Assembly (NCBI GenBank): GCA_030390025.1
Contig: CM059432.1
Span: forward strand, 4,836,001-4,900,000
Reading direction: 5' to 3'
DNA from: Squalus acanthias
Taxonomy: Eukaryota
DNA length: 64,000 nucleotides
Position numbers and translations under genes: made by a program. Position 1 is the stretch's first letter, and each line of letters begins with the position of its first letter. Positions 1-12,165 of this stretch are shown in pieces. The notes beneath the pieces are model-generated. The model was given only the letters and a program-made list of their open reading frames with translations. It ran no database searches and was not told the origin of the DNA.

Positions 1-1180
1 CCTGCAGCGACACGCTCCGTATACAATAAAAAGTTAATTGCAGATTCCTGAGCGTGCAGCGTTTTTGTGTCAAGTATCATAGGGGGAAAAATTTGGTTTC
101 TTTGCGCCTCCCGTTAGCGCCCCAAGTTGGCACTAACGGGGCGCAAAGCAACTACCACCCAGGCGCGGCGGCGCCAACGCCTCCCGCGAAATTCAGCGGG
201 AGTTTAGCGGTAGCCGGTAGCGCCCCGCATTGCTACACCTCCGGCGATGACATCATCACCATGCGCAGCGCCCCACTCGCGCAAACTTGGCTCGTGCCCC
301 CTGACCTACTGCTGTGTCCGACAGGGTCAGGGGGCGTACTTGCGGCCGGGGCGGCGCTCATTAAAGGGCAGGTAGTGGGCGGCCATTTTTTTTGGGCCGC
401 CTGCCAGCGCCTGCCCCCTCTGGCCTCCTCCTGCGGGGTGTCGGCCGCGATCGGTCAGCCCGGCGCTCCTCTTGAGTGCCGGGCTCTTTTGCCGGCACCC
501 CACTCCCCGGTGATCCAGCAGGGCCCCGGCTAGGCCCCTCCCCTTTAATCAGGGGAGGGAGGCCTGCAGTACCGCGGCGCTACTGCACATAGCGCCGCGA
601 TATTCAATGGGAGCGCCCCAAGAGGGAGGGGGAGCGCTTCCAGTAGCGCCCCGCCTCCTGCTTGGGGCGCTATCATTCAATTTCGGGCGCTAATTTTTTC
701 GGGTTAGTGCCCCATAGAATCATACAGCACAGAAGGAGGCCATTTGGCCCATCGTGCCTGTGCCGGCTCTTTGAAAGAACTCTCCAATTAGTCCCACTGC
801 CCCCGCTCTTTCCCCAAAGCCCTGCAATTTTTTCCTTTTTTAAGTGATTTTAAAATTCTCATCCTTGTTTTAAAATCCCTCCACGGCTTCCCCCCTCCCT
901 ATCTCTGTAATCTCCTCCAGCCCCACAACCCCTCCGAGATCTCTGCGCTCCTCCAATTCTGGCCTCTTGAGCATCCCTGATTTTAATCGCTCCACCATTG
1001 GCGGCCGTGCCTTCAGCTGCCTGGGCCCCGAGCTCTGGAATTCCCTCCCTAAACCTCTCCGCCTCTCGCTCCTCCTTCAAACCTACCTCTTTGACCAAGA
1101 GTTTAGTCATCTGCCCCAACTTCTCAAATGTCAAATTTTTTGTTTGACGATCGCTCCTGTGAAACGCCTTGGGACGTTTT

Positions 1181-1608
1181 AACATAGAAACATAGAAACT
1201 AGGAGCAGGAGTAGGCCATTCGGCCCGTCGAGCCTGCTCCACCATTCAATACGATCATGGCTGATCATCCAAATCCAGTACCCTGTCCCTGCTTTAATCC
1301 CCACAGTACACATATCCCACCCTACCCCCGGAACCCCACGTATTTAATTCCCCCTAACATATCCCATCCTATCCCCATAACCCCACATATTTAATCCCCC
1401 CCTAACACTAAGGGTCAATTTATCATAGCCAAATCAACCTAACCCGCACATCTTTGGACTGTGGGAGGAAACCGGAGCACCCGGAGGAAACCCACGCAGA
1501 CACGGGGAGAATGTGCAAACTCCACACAGACAGTCACCCGAAGTCAGGTTCGAACCCGGGTCCCTGGCGCTGTGAGGCACCAGTGCTAACCACTATGCCA
1601 CCGTGTTG
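1181..1608 (-). mobile_element. tRNA-derived V-SINE (HE1-like) with CR1-type tail, inserted in an L2-like tail
   Basis: V-domain GGAGGAAACCGGAGCACCCGGAGGAAACCCACGCAGACACGGGGAGAA, tRNA-like head at about 1540-1605 and (CATAGAAA)n tail. Confidence 0.8.
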
Positions 1609-2070
1609 CTATGTTAAAGGCGCTGGGTAAATGCAAGTTGTTGTTGGAGATCCAATTTCCTTTTGAAAGTCACTACTGAATCTGCTTCCACCGCCCTTTC
1701 TGGCCGCGCGTTCCAGATCACAACAACTCGCTGCGTAAAAACATTCTCCTCTTCTCCCCACATGAACATTTCCCTTCCAAATTCACACGCCACCCTGAAT
1801 TTCAAATTCAAATCATGCATGCGGGGAAAAAATGTCTTTGCCATTGTAAACATGCCAATTTAAAGTTACCTTTAATTGTACTGAAGCTTGCAATGTGTTC
1901 AGCTACCATTTGACTATCCGTATTAATTTGTGGCGATGAGTATGATGTGACTTTAATTTAGAAACCACACTACTATTGCATCCACTGTTGGAGAAAGGGT
2001 GTGTCTTCCATCATGATTTCTAGTTGCTGGCTTTACATACCTACAGGGCCTTGGCTATTGCAACAATTAT

Positions 2071-3160
2071 AAACAGAAAATGCTGGAGACACTCGGCAGG
2101 TCAGGCAGCCTTTGTGGGGAGAGAGAGAAACAGCGTTGACGTTTTGGGGCGATGACCTTTCGTCAGAACTGGAAAAAGTCGCAGATGTTATGCTGAACCT
2201 TTATAAAGCGCTGGTTAGGCCACAACTGGAGTATTGCGTCCAGTTCTGGTCACCACACTTTAGGAAGGATGTGAAGGCCCTCGAGAGGGTGCAGAGGAGA
2301 TTTACCAGAATGGTTCCGGGGATGGGGGATCTTAGCTACAAGGACAGGTTGGAGAAGCTGGATTTGTTTTCATTAGAGCAAAGGAGGTTGAGGGGTGATT
2401 TGATCGAGGTGTACAAGATTATGGCAGGTTTGGATAGGCTAGACGGAGAAAGGCTGTTCCCACTAGTTGATGGTACAAGGACTAGGGGACACAGATTTAA
2501 AGTTTTGGGCAAGAGATACAGGGGGGGATGTGAGGAAAAACTTTTTTACGCAGCGAGTGGTGATGACCTGGAACTCGCTGCCGACGGAAGTGGTGGAAGC
2601 GGAGACACTCGATGTTTTCAAGGGGAGACTGGATAGGCACTGGAGGGAAATAAATTTGCAGGGCTACCGGGATAGAGCGGGGGAATGGGACTGACTGGAT
2701 TGCTCTACAGAGAGCCGGCACGGACTCGATGGGCCGAATGGCCTCCTCCTGTGCCGTTATGACTCTATGTAACAGATTTTAAGCATGTGCAGAGGCGGGG
2801 GGAGGGGGGGGAGGAAAAAACAAAAGGGAAGGTCTGTGATAGGGTGGAAGGCAGGAGAGATTAAATGACAAAAGGGATGATGGTGTGGGGTGAAAGGAGT
2901 TGGTAACGGGACAAGTAAAGAAACAAAAGATGGGTCGAGAGGAGGTGTCACTGGGAATGGCAGAATCATCAGCAACAACTGCCGTCTTGGAAAAAATGGG
3001 GGCAGAGGTTATGGTCTCTGTCCCATTATCATCTCCTTTCGCCTTACACCATCATCTGTTTCTCTCTCTCTCCACGGATGCTGCCTGACCTGCTGAGTAT
3101 TTCCAGCATTTTCTGTTTTTATTTCAGATTTCCAGCATCCGCAGTATTTTGCTTTCGTAC
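2071..3160. mobile_element. PLE-B inverted terminal remnant interrupted by a CR1 3' fragment (~2189-2767, +)
   Basis: Minus-oriented tail with a degenerate hammerhead at 2071-2188, resuming at about 2768. Plus-oriented tail at about 3055-3160. CR1 peptide LYKALVRPQLEYCVQFWSP lies in between. Confidence 0.7.
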
Positions 3161-3920
3161 CTGTTGTAACATTAGTTCAGTAATCACCCTTAAAGCTTGC
3201 CAATGGCCAAACTTGTTAAAATGGCTATTTTAGCTTGTTAAAATTTACAGGGCTGTGGGGAAAGATCAGGACTGATTGGAGAGTTCCGCCAAAGGGGCAC
3301 GATGGGCCGAATGGCCTCCTTCTGTGCTGTATCATTCTGTGATTCTTGTATTGCCTCTACAGGCTTGTCATTAATCGGTAGAACGTCTCCAATATTTTGC
3401 TGCCCCCCCAGTTTTTGTAGAACTGCTATTCAACAACAACAACTTGCATTTACATAGCGCCTTTACCGTAGTGAAACGTCCCAAGGCGCTTCACAGGAGC
3501 GATTATCAGACAAAATTCGACACCGAGCCACATGAGATATTAGGACCGAGCTTGGCCAAAGAGGTCGGTTTTAAGGAGCGTCTTAAAGGAGGAGAGAGAG
3601 GGGCGGAGAGGTTCAGACAGGGAATTCCAGAGCTCGGGGCCCAGGCAGCTGAAGGCACGGCCGACAATGGTAGAGCGATCACAATCGGGCAGTGAGGTTA
3701 TTAAACGGCATAAACATCGCACTTGCTTTTTAATAATGGAAATGGACCCTTTCCGAGTTTTTCCTCAGCCGTGTTGCGCTATTAGATTAATCAGAATGCT
3801 AATTGGGCAGCAGGACGATGTCTTTGTGATTAATGCACCCTGTCTTTTGCACATGTTTTGAAATCAAAGTTTTGGAATATAATTATTCATTAAAAATATA
3901 TATCTGTTGTCCCATTCCAG

Positions 3921-4023
3921 GTGTATTCCCAGACTGGACAATGCTGTAAGAAAAGGTTTGAAAAAAAGAAGCTTGATGCAGTGGTTCATCCACAGATCTC
4001 CAAAGGGGAGATTGTTCTTGCAG
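3921..4023 (+). CDS. Desmoglein-like cadherin, probable exon 2 (prodomain start: VYSQTGQCCKKRFEKKKLDAVVHPQISKGEIVLA)
   Basis: Acceptor ttccag, donor gtaggc, 103 nt, phase 0 to 1. Splices in frame to the exon at 7701 (G+TG=Val). Resembles the first prodomain exon of classical cadherins and desmocollins. Confidence 0.75.
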
Positions 4024-4725
4024 GTAGGCCGTGCCTATGATATCAATCGTTAGAACGATTCCTTTTGGTTTAAGAGTCATACGACCAAGAGCTGGATGTT
4101 TTTGGTGTGTCTATAAATCTGCTGCCTTATACGTATTTTTTTTTTTTCTTGTACTACTGTTTAACGGGATAGGCTTTTGCCGTCGGTACTCGAGCAAGAA
4201 ATATATTGACGTATTGTCACTTCCATTGTACAGTGGAAATATAAATATCAGGACGTTCCTCTGAAGGGGAAAGTCAGGCTCCTTCCCTCTCCCATGGTAA
4301 CTGTCTGAGGCTGAGCCAGACCGTTGGCAAGCCTTGGTGTCGTATTTGACCCCGAGATGAGCTTCTGGCCATGAATCCGCGCCATCACCCAGAGGGTGGT
4401 GAACCTGTGGAATTCGCTACCACAGAAGGCTGTGGGGGCCAAGTCACTGAATATATTTAAGAAGGAGATAGATAGATTTCTGGACACAAAAGGCATCAAG
4501 GGGTGTGGGGAGAGAGCGGGAATATGGTATTGAGATAGAGGATCAGCCATGATCATATTGAATGGCGGAGCAGGCTCGAAGGGCCGAATGGCCGACTCCT
4601 GCTCCTATTTTTCTATGTTTCTATCACCAAGACCGCCCATTTCCACCTCGGTAACATCGCCCGATTCCACCTCTTGCCTCAGCTCATCTGCTGCTGACAT
4701 CCTCGTCCCTGCCTTTGTTATCTCT

Positions 4726-5082
4726 GATGTGGAGATGCCGGTGTTGGACTGGGGTGGACAAATGTGAGAAGTCGCACAACACCAGGTTATAGTCCAACAG
4801 CTTTATTTGAAATCACAAGCTTTCGGAGCGCTGCTCCTTCGTCAGGTGAAGTGAAGAGATGCATTTCGGCACAGCATATATAGTCAGAGAACACTGCCAG
4901 ATGATTACAGTTAAAGGGTAGTTGGAAAGATTAACTGTAATCATCTGGCAGTGTTCTCTGACTATATATGCTGTGCTGAAATGCATCTCTTCACTTCACC
5001 TGACGAAGGAGCAGCGCTCCGAAAGCTTGTGATTTCAAATAAAGCTGTTGGACTATAACCTGGTGTTGTGCGACTTCTCACT
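4726..5082. mobile_element. Palindromic PLE-A terminal insertion (inverted terminus with tail, plus direct terminus)
   Basis: Inverted arms of about 150 bp (4764-4914 and 4931-5081). The 3' end matches 58456-58542. TSD TTTGTTATCTCT at 4714-4725 and 5083-5094, inside an L2-like fragment. Confidence 0.88.
4996..5032 (+). ncRNA. Minimal hammerhead ribozyme (PLE-A); mirror copy on the minus strand at 4813-4849
   Basis: TCAC-CTGACGA-A-GGAGC-agc-GCTCC-GAAA-GC-TT-GTGA. Confidence 0.8.
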
Positions 5083-6514
5083 TTTGTTATCTCTAGACTT
5101 GACTATTCCATCACACTCCTGGCCGGCCTCCCATCTTCCACCCTCCGTAAACTTGAGGGCATCCAAAACTCTGCTGCCCCCGTGTCCTAACTCGTACCAA
5201 GTCCCGTTCACCCATCACCCCCTGTGCTCGCTGACTCTTCTTGTGGCAATTGCCAATTTAAGGTTCAGTATGTGCCCCCCCCCCCCTTTTTTAAAGGGGC
5301 ACAACCAATAAAGACTGTAACTTAAAAACATGTTAAAAGGAACCTTAACAAATCAAAATAAAATGTTATCCCCGGGGATGATGATGCACTCCAGTCCCTC
5401 CGGCGCCCACCGGTCACGGAAGGCCTCCAGCGCGCCGGCAGACACCACATGCTCCACCTCCAGGGGCACCCTGTGCTCGCTGACCTACATTGGCTCCCGG
5501 TCTGGCAACGCCTCTCTTTTAAAAATTCTCAACCTTCGTTTTCAAATCCCTCCATGGCCTCGCCCCCCTCCCTACTTCTGTAACCTCCTCCAGCCCTACA
5601 ATCCTCCGAGATCTCTGCTCTCCTCCAATTCTGGCCTCTTGCGCATCCCTGATTTTAATGGCTCCGCCATTGGCGGCCGTGCCTTCAGCTGCCTGGGCCC
5701 CGAGCTCTGGAATTCCCTCCCTAAACCTCTCCACCTCTCTCTCCTCCTTTTTAAGACGCTCCTTAAAACCTACCTCTTAGACCAAGCTTTTGGTCACCTG
5801 TCCTAATATCTCATTATGTGGCTCGGGGTCAAATTTTGTCTGATAATCGCTCCTGTGAAGCACCTTGGGACGTTTTACTACGTTAAAGGCGCTGTATAAA
5901 TACAAGTTGTTGTTGATGAGCCCATGCAGATGAAGTGTCCTTCCGGGGATCCCACAACTCCCGAAGGATCAGTGCTCCAGGGCATCATTGGGCGCAACCC
6001 CAGCCGAGTGGTTATTGCACTGGACTAGCAACACAGCGGTTGTGAGTTCAAATCCCAATGTAGCCGGTTGTAAATTGTTTTTACACAGAGTTTTGTGAGG
6101 CTGCGGAATTCACTGCCAAAGTTAAGGATTGAAGAAAAGACCGTATCGGCATTTAAGGATAGGTTAGATAGGTGGTTGAAGTGATACAGGAACAGGGAAG
6201 GAATGTAAGATTAGGACTACTGTTCATAGGGAGCATAAACACCAACGTGAACTGATTGGGCTGAATAGCCTCCCTTTGTGTCGTAATGTCTATGTAATTC
6301 TATGAATTCATTAAATTTGGTCATTTGTGGGCTGGCACCGTATACAATGAGCATAAAAGCCCAACTGCTTCACCAATATCCTTCAGGAAAGTGACCAGTT
6401 ACCCTTACCCGGTCTGGGGCCTACACGTGACTCCAGTCCCACACTACGTGGTTGCCTCTTAATGCCCTCAGTACAACTGGAGATGGGCAATAATGCCAAC
6501 ATCCTAAGAACAAA

Positions 6515-7150
6515 TCATAGAATGGTTACAGCACAGAAGGAGGCTCTCTGCAAGAGCGCTTCAGCTAGTCCCACTCCCCCGCCCTTTCCCCGTAGCCCTG
6601 CAAACTTTTTTCCTTCAGGTACTTATCCAACTCCCTTTTGAAAGCCACGATTGAATCTGCCTCCACCACCCTTTCAGGCAGTGCATTCCAGATTGTAACC
6701 ACTCACTGCGTAAAAAAGTTATTCCTCATGTCGCCTTTGGTTCTTCTGCCAGTCACCTTAAATCTGTGTCCTCTGGTTCTCGACCCTTCCACCAATGGGA
6801 ACAGTTTCTCTCTATCTACTCTGTCCAGACCCCTCATGATTTTGAATACATCTATCAAATCTCCTCTCAACCTTCTCTGCTCTAAGGAGAACAACCCCAG
6901 CTTCTCCAGTCTATCCACGTAACTGAAGTCCCTGGAATCATTCTCGTAAATCTTTTCTGCGCCCTCTCTAAGGCCTTTACATCCTTCCTAAAGTGCGGTG
7001 CCCAGAATTGGACACAATACCTCAGTTGAGGCCAAACCAGTGTTTTGCAAAGGTTCATCATAACTTCCTTGCTTTTGTACTCAATGCACCTATTTATGAA
7101 GCCCAGGATCCCGTGTGCTTTTTAAATGCTTTCTCAATTTGCCCTACCAC
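6515..7150 (-). mobile_element. CR1 3' fragment
   Basis: LEKLGLFSLEQRRLRGDLI peptide on the minus strand, with tail. Confidence 0.85.
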
Positions 7151-7295
7151 CTTCAATAATTTGTGCACAGGTCTCTCTGATTTTAAAAATGGGATCATTG
7201 CCTGCGAATTTTATGGGGAAATGTATCTATTTGACGTATGTGTTATTTTATTGGCACTGTTTTGGTTAAAAAGCCTAATGCATCTATCTATATAT

Positions 7296-7686
7296 GATGG
7301 AAGAATGAGAAGTGATCTCATTGAAACGTATAAAATTCTTAAAGGGCTTGACAGGGTAGATGCAGGGAGGATGTTTCCCCTGGCTGGGGAGTCTAGAACC
7401 AGGGGTCACAGTCTCAGAATAAGGGGTCGGCCATTTAGGACTGAGATGAGGAGAAATTTCTTCACTCAGAGGGTGGTGAATCTTTGGAATTCTCTACTCC
7501 AGAGGGCTGTGGAGGCTCAGTCGTTGAGTATATTCAAGACAGAGATCGATAGATTTCTTGGAATCAAGGGATATGGGGATCGGGCGGGAAAGTGGAGTTG
7601 AGGTCGAAGATCAGCCATGATCTTATTGAATGGCGGAGCAGGCTTGAGGGACCGTATGGCCGACTCCTGCTCCTAATTCTTATGTA
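7296..7686 (+). mobile_element. CR1 3' fragment abutting a cadherin splice acceptor
   Basis: RMRSDLIETYKILKGLDRVD peptide and CCTAATTCTTATGT tail. Confidence 0.88.
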
Positions 7687-7700
7687 TTTTTTAATTCCAG

Positions 7701-7912
7701 TGAAATTTCATGACTGCAATTTGGGAGAACACATTAAGCTAAGCACCAATGATAACAATTTCGGAATCTATTCGAATGGCTTTTTATATGCAACTCGTAC
7801 TCAAAACATTGACTCAACTTATGGCTTCAAAGTGTTGGCAATGGACCTGAAAACGCATGAGAAATGGAAGGTGAAAATCCTTTTAATCTCTTCAGCAAAC
7901 CAAGCAAATGAG
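7701..7912 (+). CDS. Desmoglein-like cadherin, probable exon 3 (prodomain: VKFHDCNLGEHIKLSTNDNNFGIYSNGFLYATR...KWKVKILLISSANQANE)
   Basis: Acceptor ttccag, donor gtaaga, 212 nt, phase 1 to 0. The V-x-F-x-D-C...D-x-x-F-x-I-x-x-x-G pattern matches the cadherin prodomain. Confidence 0.85.
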
Positions 7913-8159
7913 GTAAGAAATGTCTTTTCATAAAACTTATTTCTGAGTTTGATCATAGGGTATAAGTTGGATCATTTTTATAACTAATAATATCATTCTT
8001 CATACGTTCAACCTCAGATACAAATGGAAACCTTCTTGTAATCGCACACACGAATAGCCAATTCCACCCCACCCTCCCCATTCTTTTCCAGCCTGCGTCT
8101 CTCACTTCCTCCCATGCCTCTATGATGGCCTTTCCCCTTCATACTTGCATTTAAGGTCA

Positions 8160-10901
8160 AAGTCTATTATAAAAGATGTGACAACAGGGCACTTAGAAAA
8201 TATCAACGGGATTAGACAAGGTCAACATGGATTTATGAAAGGGAAATCGTGTTTGACAAACCTACTGGAGTTTTTTGAGGATGTAACTGGTAGAATAGAT
8301 AAGGGAGAACCAGTGGATGTGGTGTATTTGCATTTTCAGAAGGCCTTTGATAAAGTCCCACATAAGAGGTTAGTGTGCAAAATTAAAGCACATGGGATTG
8401 GGGGTAATATACTGGCATGGATTGAAAATTGGTTAACAGACAGGAAACTGAGTAGGAATAAATGGGTCTTTTTCGGGGTGGCAGGCGGTGACTAATGGGG
8501 TACCGCAGGGATCAGTGCTTGGGCCCCAGCTGTTCACAATATATATCAATGATTTGGATGAGGGAACCAAATGTAATATTTCCAAGTTTGCTGACGACAC
8601 GAAACTAGGTGGGATTGTGAGTTGTGAGGAGGATGCAAAGAGGCTTCAAGGCGATTTAGACAAGTTGAGTGAGTGGGCAAATACATGGCAGATGCAGTAT
8701 AACGTGGACAAATGTGAAGTTATCCACTTCGGTAGGAAAGACAGAAAGGCAGAGTATTATTTAAATAGTGATAGATTGGGAAATGTTGATGTACAGAGGG
8801 ACCTAGGTGTCCTTGTACACCAGTCACTGAAAGCAAACAAGCAGTTAGGAAGGCAAATGGTATGTTGGCCTTCATTGCAAGAAGATTTGAGTACAGGAGC
8901 AAGGATGTCTTAGTTATACAGGGCCTTGGTGAGACCACACCTGAAGTACTGTGTGCAGTTTTGGTCTCCTTACCCAAGAGGTGTAATAAAGGGCAGTTAG
9001 AAAGATTAACTGTAATCGTCTGGCAGTGTTCTCTGACTATATATGCTGTGCCGATATACATCTCTTCACTTCACCTGACGAAGGAGCAGCGCTCCGAAAG
9101 CTTGTGATTTCAGATAAAACTGTTGGACTATAACCTGGTGTTGTGCGACTTCTCACATTTACCCAATAAAGGATATAGTTGCCATAGAGAGAGTGCAGCG
9201 AAGGTTCACCAGACTGATTCCTTGGATGGCAGGACTGTTGTATGAGGAGAGATTGGGTCGACTAGGCCTGTATTCACTAGAGTTTAGAAGAATGAGAGGG
9301 GATCTCATTGAAACGTATAAAATTCTGACAGGGCAAGACAGACTGGATGCAGGGAGGAAGTTTCCCCTGGCTGGAGAGTCTAGAACTAGGGGTCATAGTC
9401 TCAGGATAAGGGGTCGGCCATTTACGACCGAGATGGAAAAGAATTTCTTCACTCAGAGGGTTGTGACTTTTTGGAATTCCCTGCTGAGGCTGAGATTGAT
9501 AGATTTTTGGACTCTAGGGGAATCAAGGGATATGGGGATAGGGCGGGAAAGTGGAGTTGAGGTCGAAGATGAGCCATGATCCTATTGAATGGCTCGACAG
9601 GATAAATCTTCATTTAGAAAGACATGGATTAATCAAGGACAGTCAGCATGGATTTGTTACGGGAAGGTCGTGTCTGACTAACTTGATTGAATTTTTTGAG
9701 GAGGTAACGAGGGTTGATGAAGGTAGTGCATTTGATGTAGTCTATATGGATTTTAGCAAGGCTTTTGATAAGGTCCCGCATGGCAGACTGGTCACGAAAG
9801 TAAAAGCCCATGAGATCCAAGGCAAAGTGGCAAGTTGGATCCAAAATTGGCTCAGAGGCAGGAAACAAAGGGTAATGGTCGAAGGATGTTTTTGTGACTG
9901 GAAGGCTATTTCCAGTGAGGTTCCGCAGGGCTCAGTACTGGGTCCTTTGCTTTTTGTGATGTATATCAATGATTTGGACTTGAATGTAGGAAGTATGATT
10001 AAGAAGTTTGCAGATGATACAAAAATTGGCCGTGTGGTTGATAATGAAGAAGTAAGCTGTAGACAGCAGGAAGATATCAATGGACTGGTCAGGTGGCCAG
10101 AACAGTGGCAAATGGAATTCAACCTGGAGAAGTGTGAGGTAATGCTTTTGGGGAGGTCTGACAAGGCAAGGGAATACACTATAAATGGTAGGATACTGAG
10201 AAGTGCAGAGGATCAGAGGGACCTTGGAGTGCATGTCCACAGATCCCTGAAGGTAGCAGGACGGGTAGATAAGCTGGTTAAGAAGGCATAAGGGATACTT
10301 GCCTTTATTAGCCGAGGCATAGAATATAAGAGCAGGGAGGTTATGCTTGATCTGTATAAAACACTAGTTAGGCCACAGCTAGAGTACTGCGTGCAGTTCT
10401 GGTCACCACATTACAGGAAGGATGTGATTGCACTAGAGAGGGTGCAGAGGAGATTTACGAGGATGTTGCCAGGACTGGAGAATTTTAGCTATGAGGAAAG
10501 ATTGGATAGGCTGGGGCTGTTTTCTTTGGAACAGAGGAGGCTGAGGGGAGACCTAATTGAGGTGTATAAAATGATGAGGGGCCTAGATAGAGTGGATAGG
10601 AAGGGTCAGTAACCAGATGGCATAGATTTAAAGTAATTGGTCGGTTTAGAGGGGATATGAGGAGAAATGTTTTCACCCAGACGGTGGTGACGGTCTGGAA
10701 CTCACTGCCTGAAAGGGTGGTAGAGGTAGAAACCCTCATCACACTAAAAGGCACTTGGATGTGCACTTGAAGTGTCGTAACCTACAAGGCTACGGACCAA
10801 GAGCTGGAAATGGGATTAGGGTGGAGAGCTCTTTGTCGGCCGGCATGGACAAGATGGGCCGAATGGCCTCCTTCTGTGCTGTAAATGTCTATGATTCTAT
10901 G
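8160..10901 (+). mobile_element. Two adjacent or nested decayed CR1 LINE copies (~8160-9593 and ~9595-10901)
   Basis: Frameshifted ORF2 peptides (QHGF..GKSCLTNL, VPQGSVLGP, FADD) and CR1 3' tails. Confidence 0.9.
8978..9158 (+). mobile_element. PLE-A terminal fragment with hammerhead (9071-9107), inserted in a CR1
   Basis: Near-identical to 4915-5081. Flanked by duplicated TTACCCAA (8970-8977 and 9159-9166). Confidence 0.85.
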
Positions 10902-12165
10902 ACAGGCCATATGGCCGACTCCTGATCCTAATTCTTATGCTCTTACGGGAGAGGCAAAAAAAAGAGAAAAAACCCGGGGCCAATAAGGGAGAAATAACAC
11001 TGGAAATATGCTCTCCGACCTCCTCAGGCGATCGAAACCAGTGAGGAGCTGAAATATGCAAAACTAAGGTGCTACAGCGCCCCCACTAGAGGGGAGGGTG
11101 TAATTACAGGGTGACAAGTTTACATAGCCAGGTAGCATTATAAATGTGGGTGTAAGGGGGTAGAATTAGGTATCCATTGCACCCATTTTTCATGCGTAAA
11201 ACAGGCCAATACTGAGTGATTTAGCAGTGGGATGGCCCGTGCCCAATCTGTGTGTGAACCACCTAAAACGGGCATTCGGCCCCCTTGCATATGATAATTA
11301 GGGGCCTGACGCCTGTTGAGTAACTGCTCTGTAAAATGAGTTTACGACGAGTGGTGCAGGTTTTGGGCCTGCCATGCTCAGCCGCACCTTGCTCGCTCAA
11401 ACCCCGCCCCCGAAACTAACCTTCGAGCTGAGGCAAGTGGCTCGACATTTGGCATTTAAAATTTTTTTTATTCGTTCCTGGGATGTGGGTGTCGCTGGCA
11501 AGGCCGGCATTTATTGCCCATCCCTAATTGCCTTCGAAGGTGGTGGTGAGCCGCCCTCTTGAACCGCTGCAGTCCGTGTGGTGAAGGAACTCCCACAGTG
11601 CTGTTAGGGAGGGAGTTCCAGGATTTTGACCCAGCGACGATGAAGGATCGGCCGATATATTTCCGAGTCAGGATGGTGCGTGACTGGGAGGGGAACTTGG
11701 AGGTGGTGGTGTTCCCACGCGCCTGCTGCCCTTGTCCTTCTAGGTGGAAGAGGTCGCGGGTTTGGGAGGTGCTGCCGAAGAAGCCTTGGCGAGTTGCTGC
11801 AGTGCATCTTGTAGATGGTACACACTGCAGCCACGGTACGCCGGTGGTGGAGGGAGTGAGTGTTTAAGGTGGTGGATGGGGTGCCAATCAAGCGGGCTGC
11901 TTTGTCCTGGATGGCGTCGAGCTTCTTGTAACGTGTGAGCTGCCTCGAACTCTCATTTCTATCCTTTTTCACAATCCCTCCTCTCTCCCTCATTCTATTT
12001 CCTTTCTCATCCCCTCTCATCCCCACCCTATCTCACTCTACCTCATTCCCCAATCTCTCTCTCGTTCATATTTTCCCCTCTCATTTCTTTCACTGTGTGT
12101 CTTTCATTCTATTTTCCTGTTTCTCTTTCCTGTTTCTCTCGCTCTCCCATTCTGCTCCCTCTTAC

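Noticed and set aside
54..533. 159-aa ORF
   Set aside because: GTG start, GC-rich low-information peptide, no splice or domain support.
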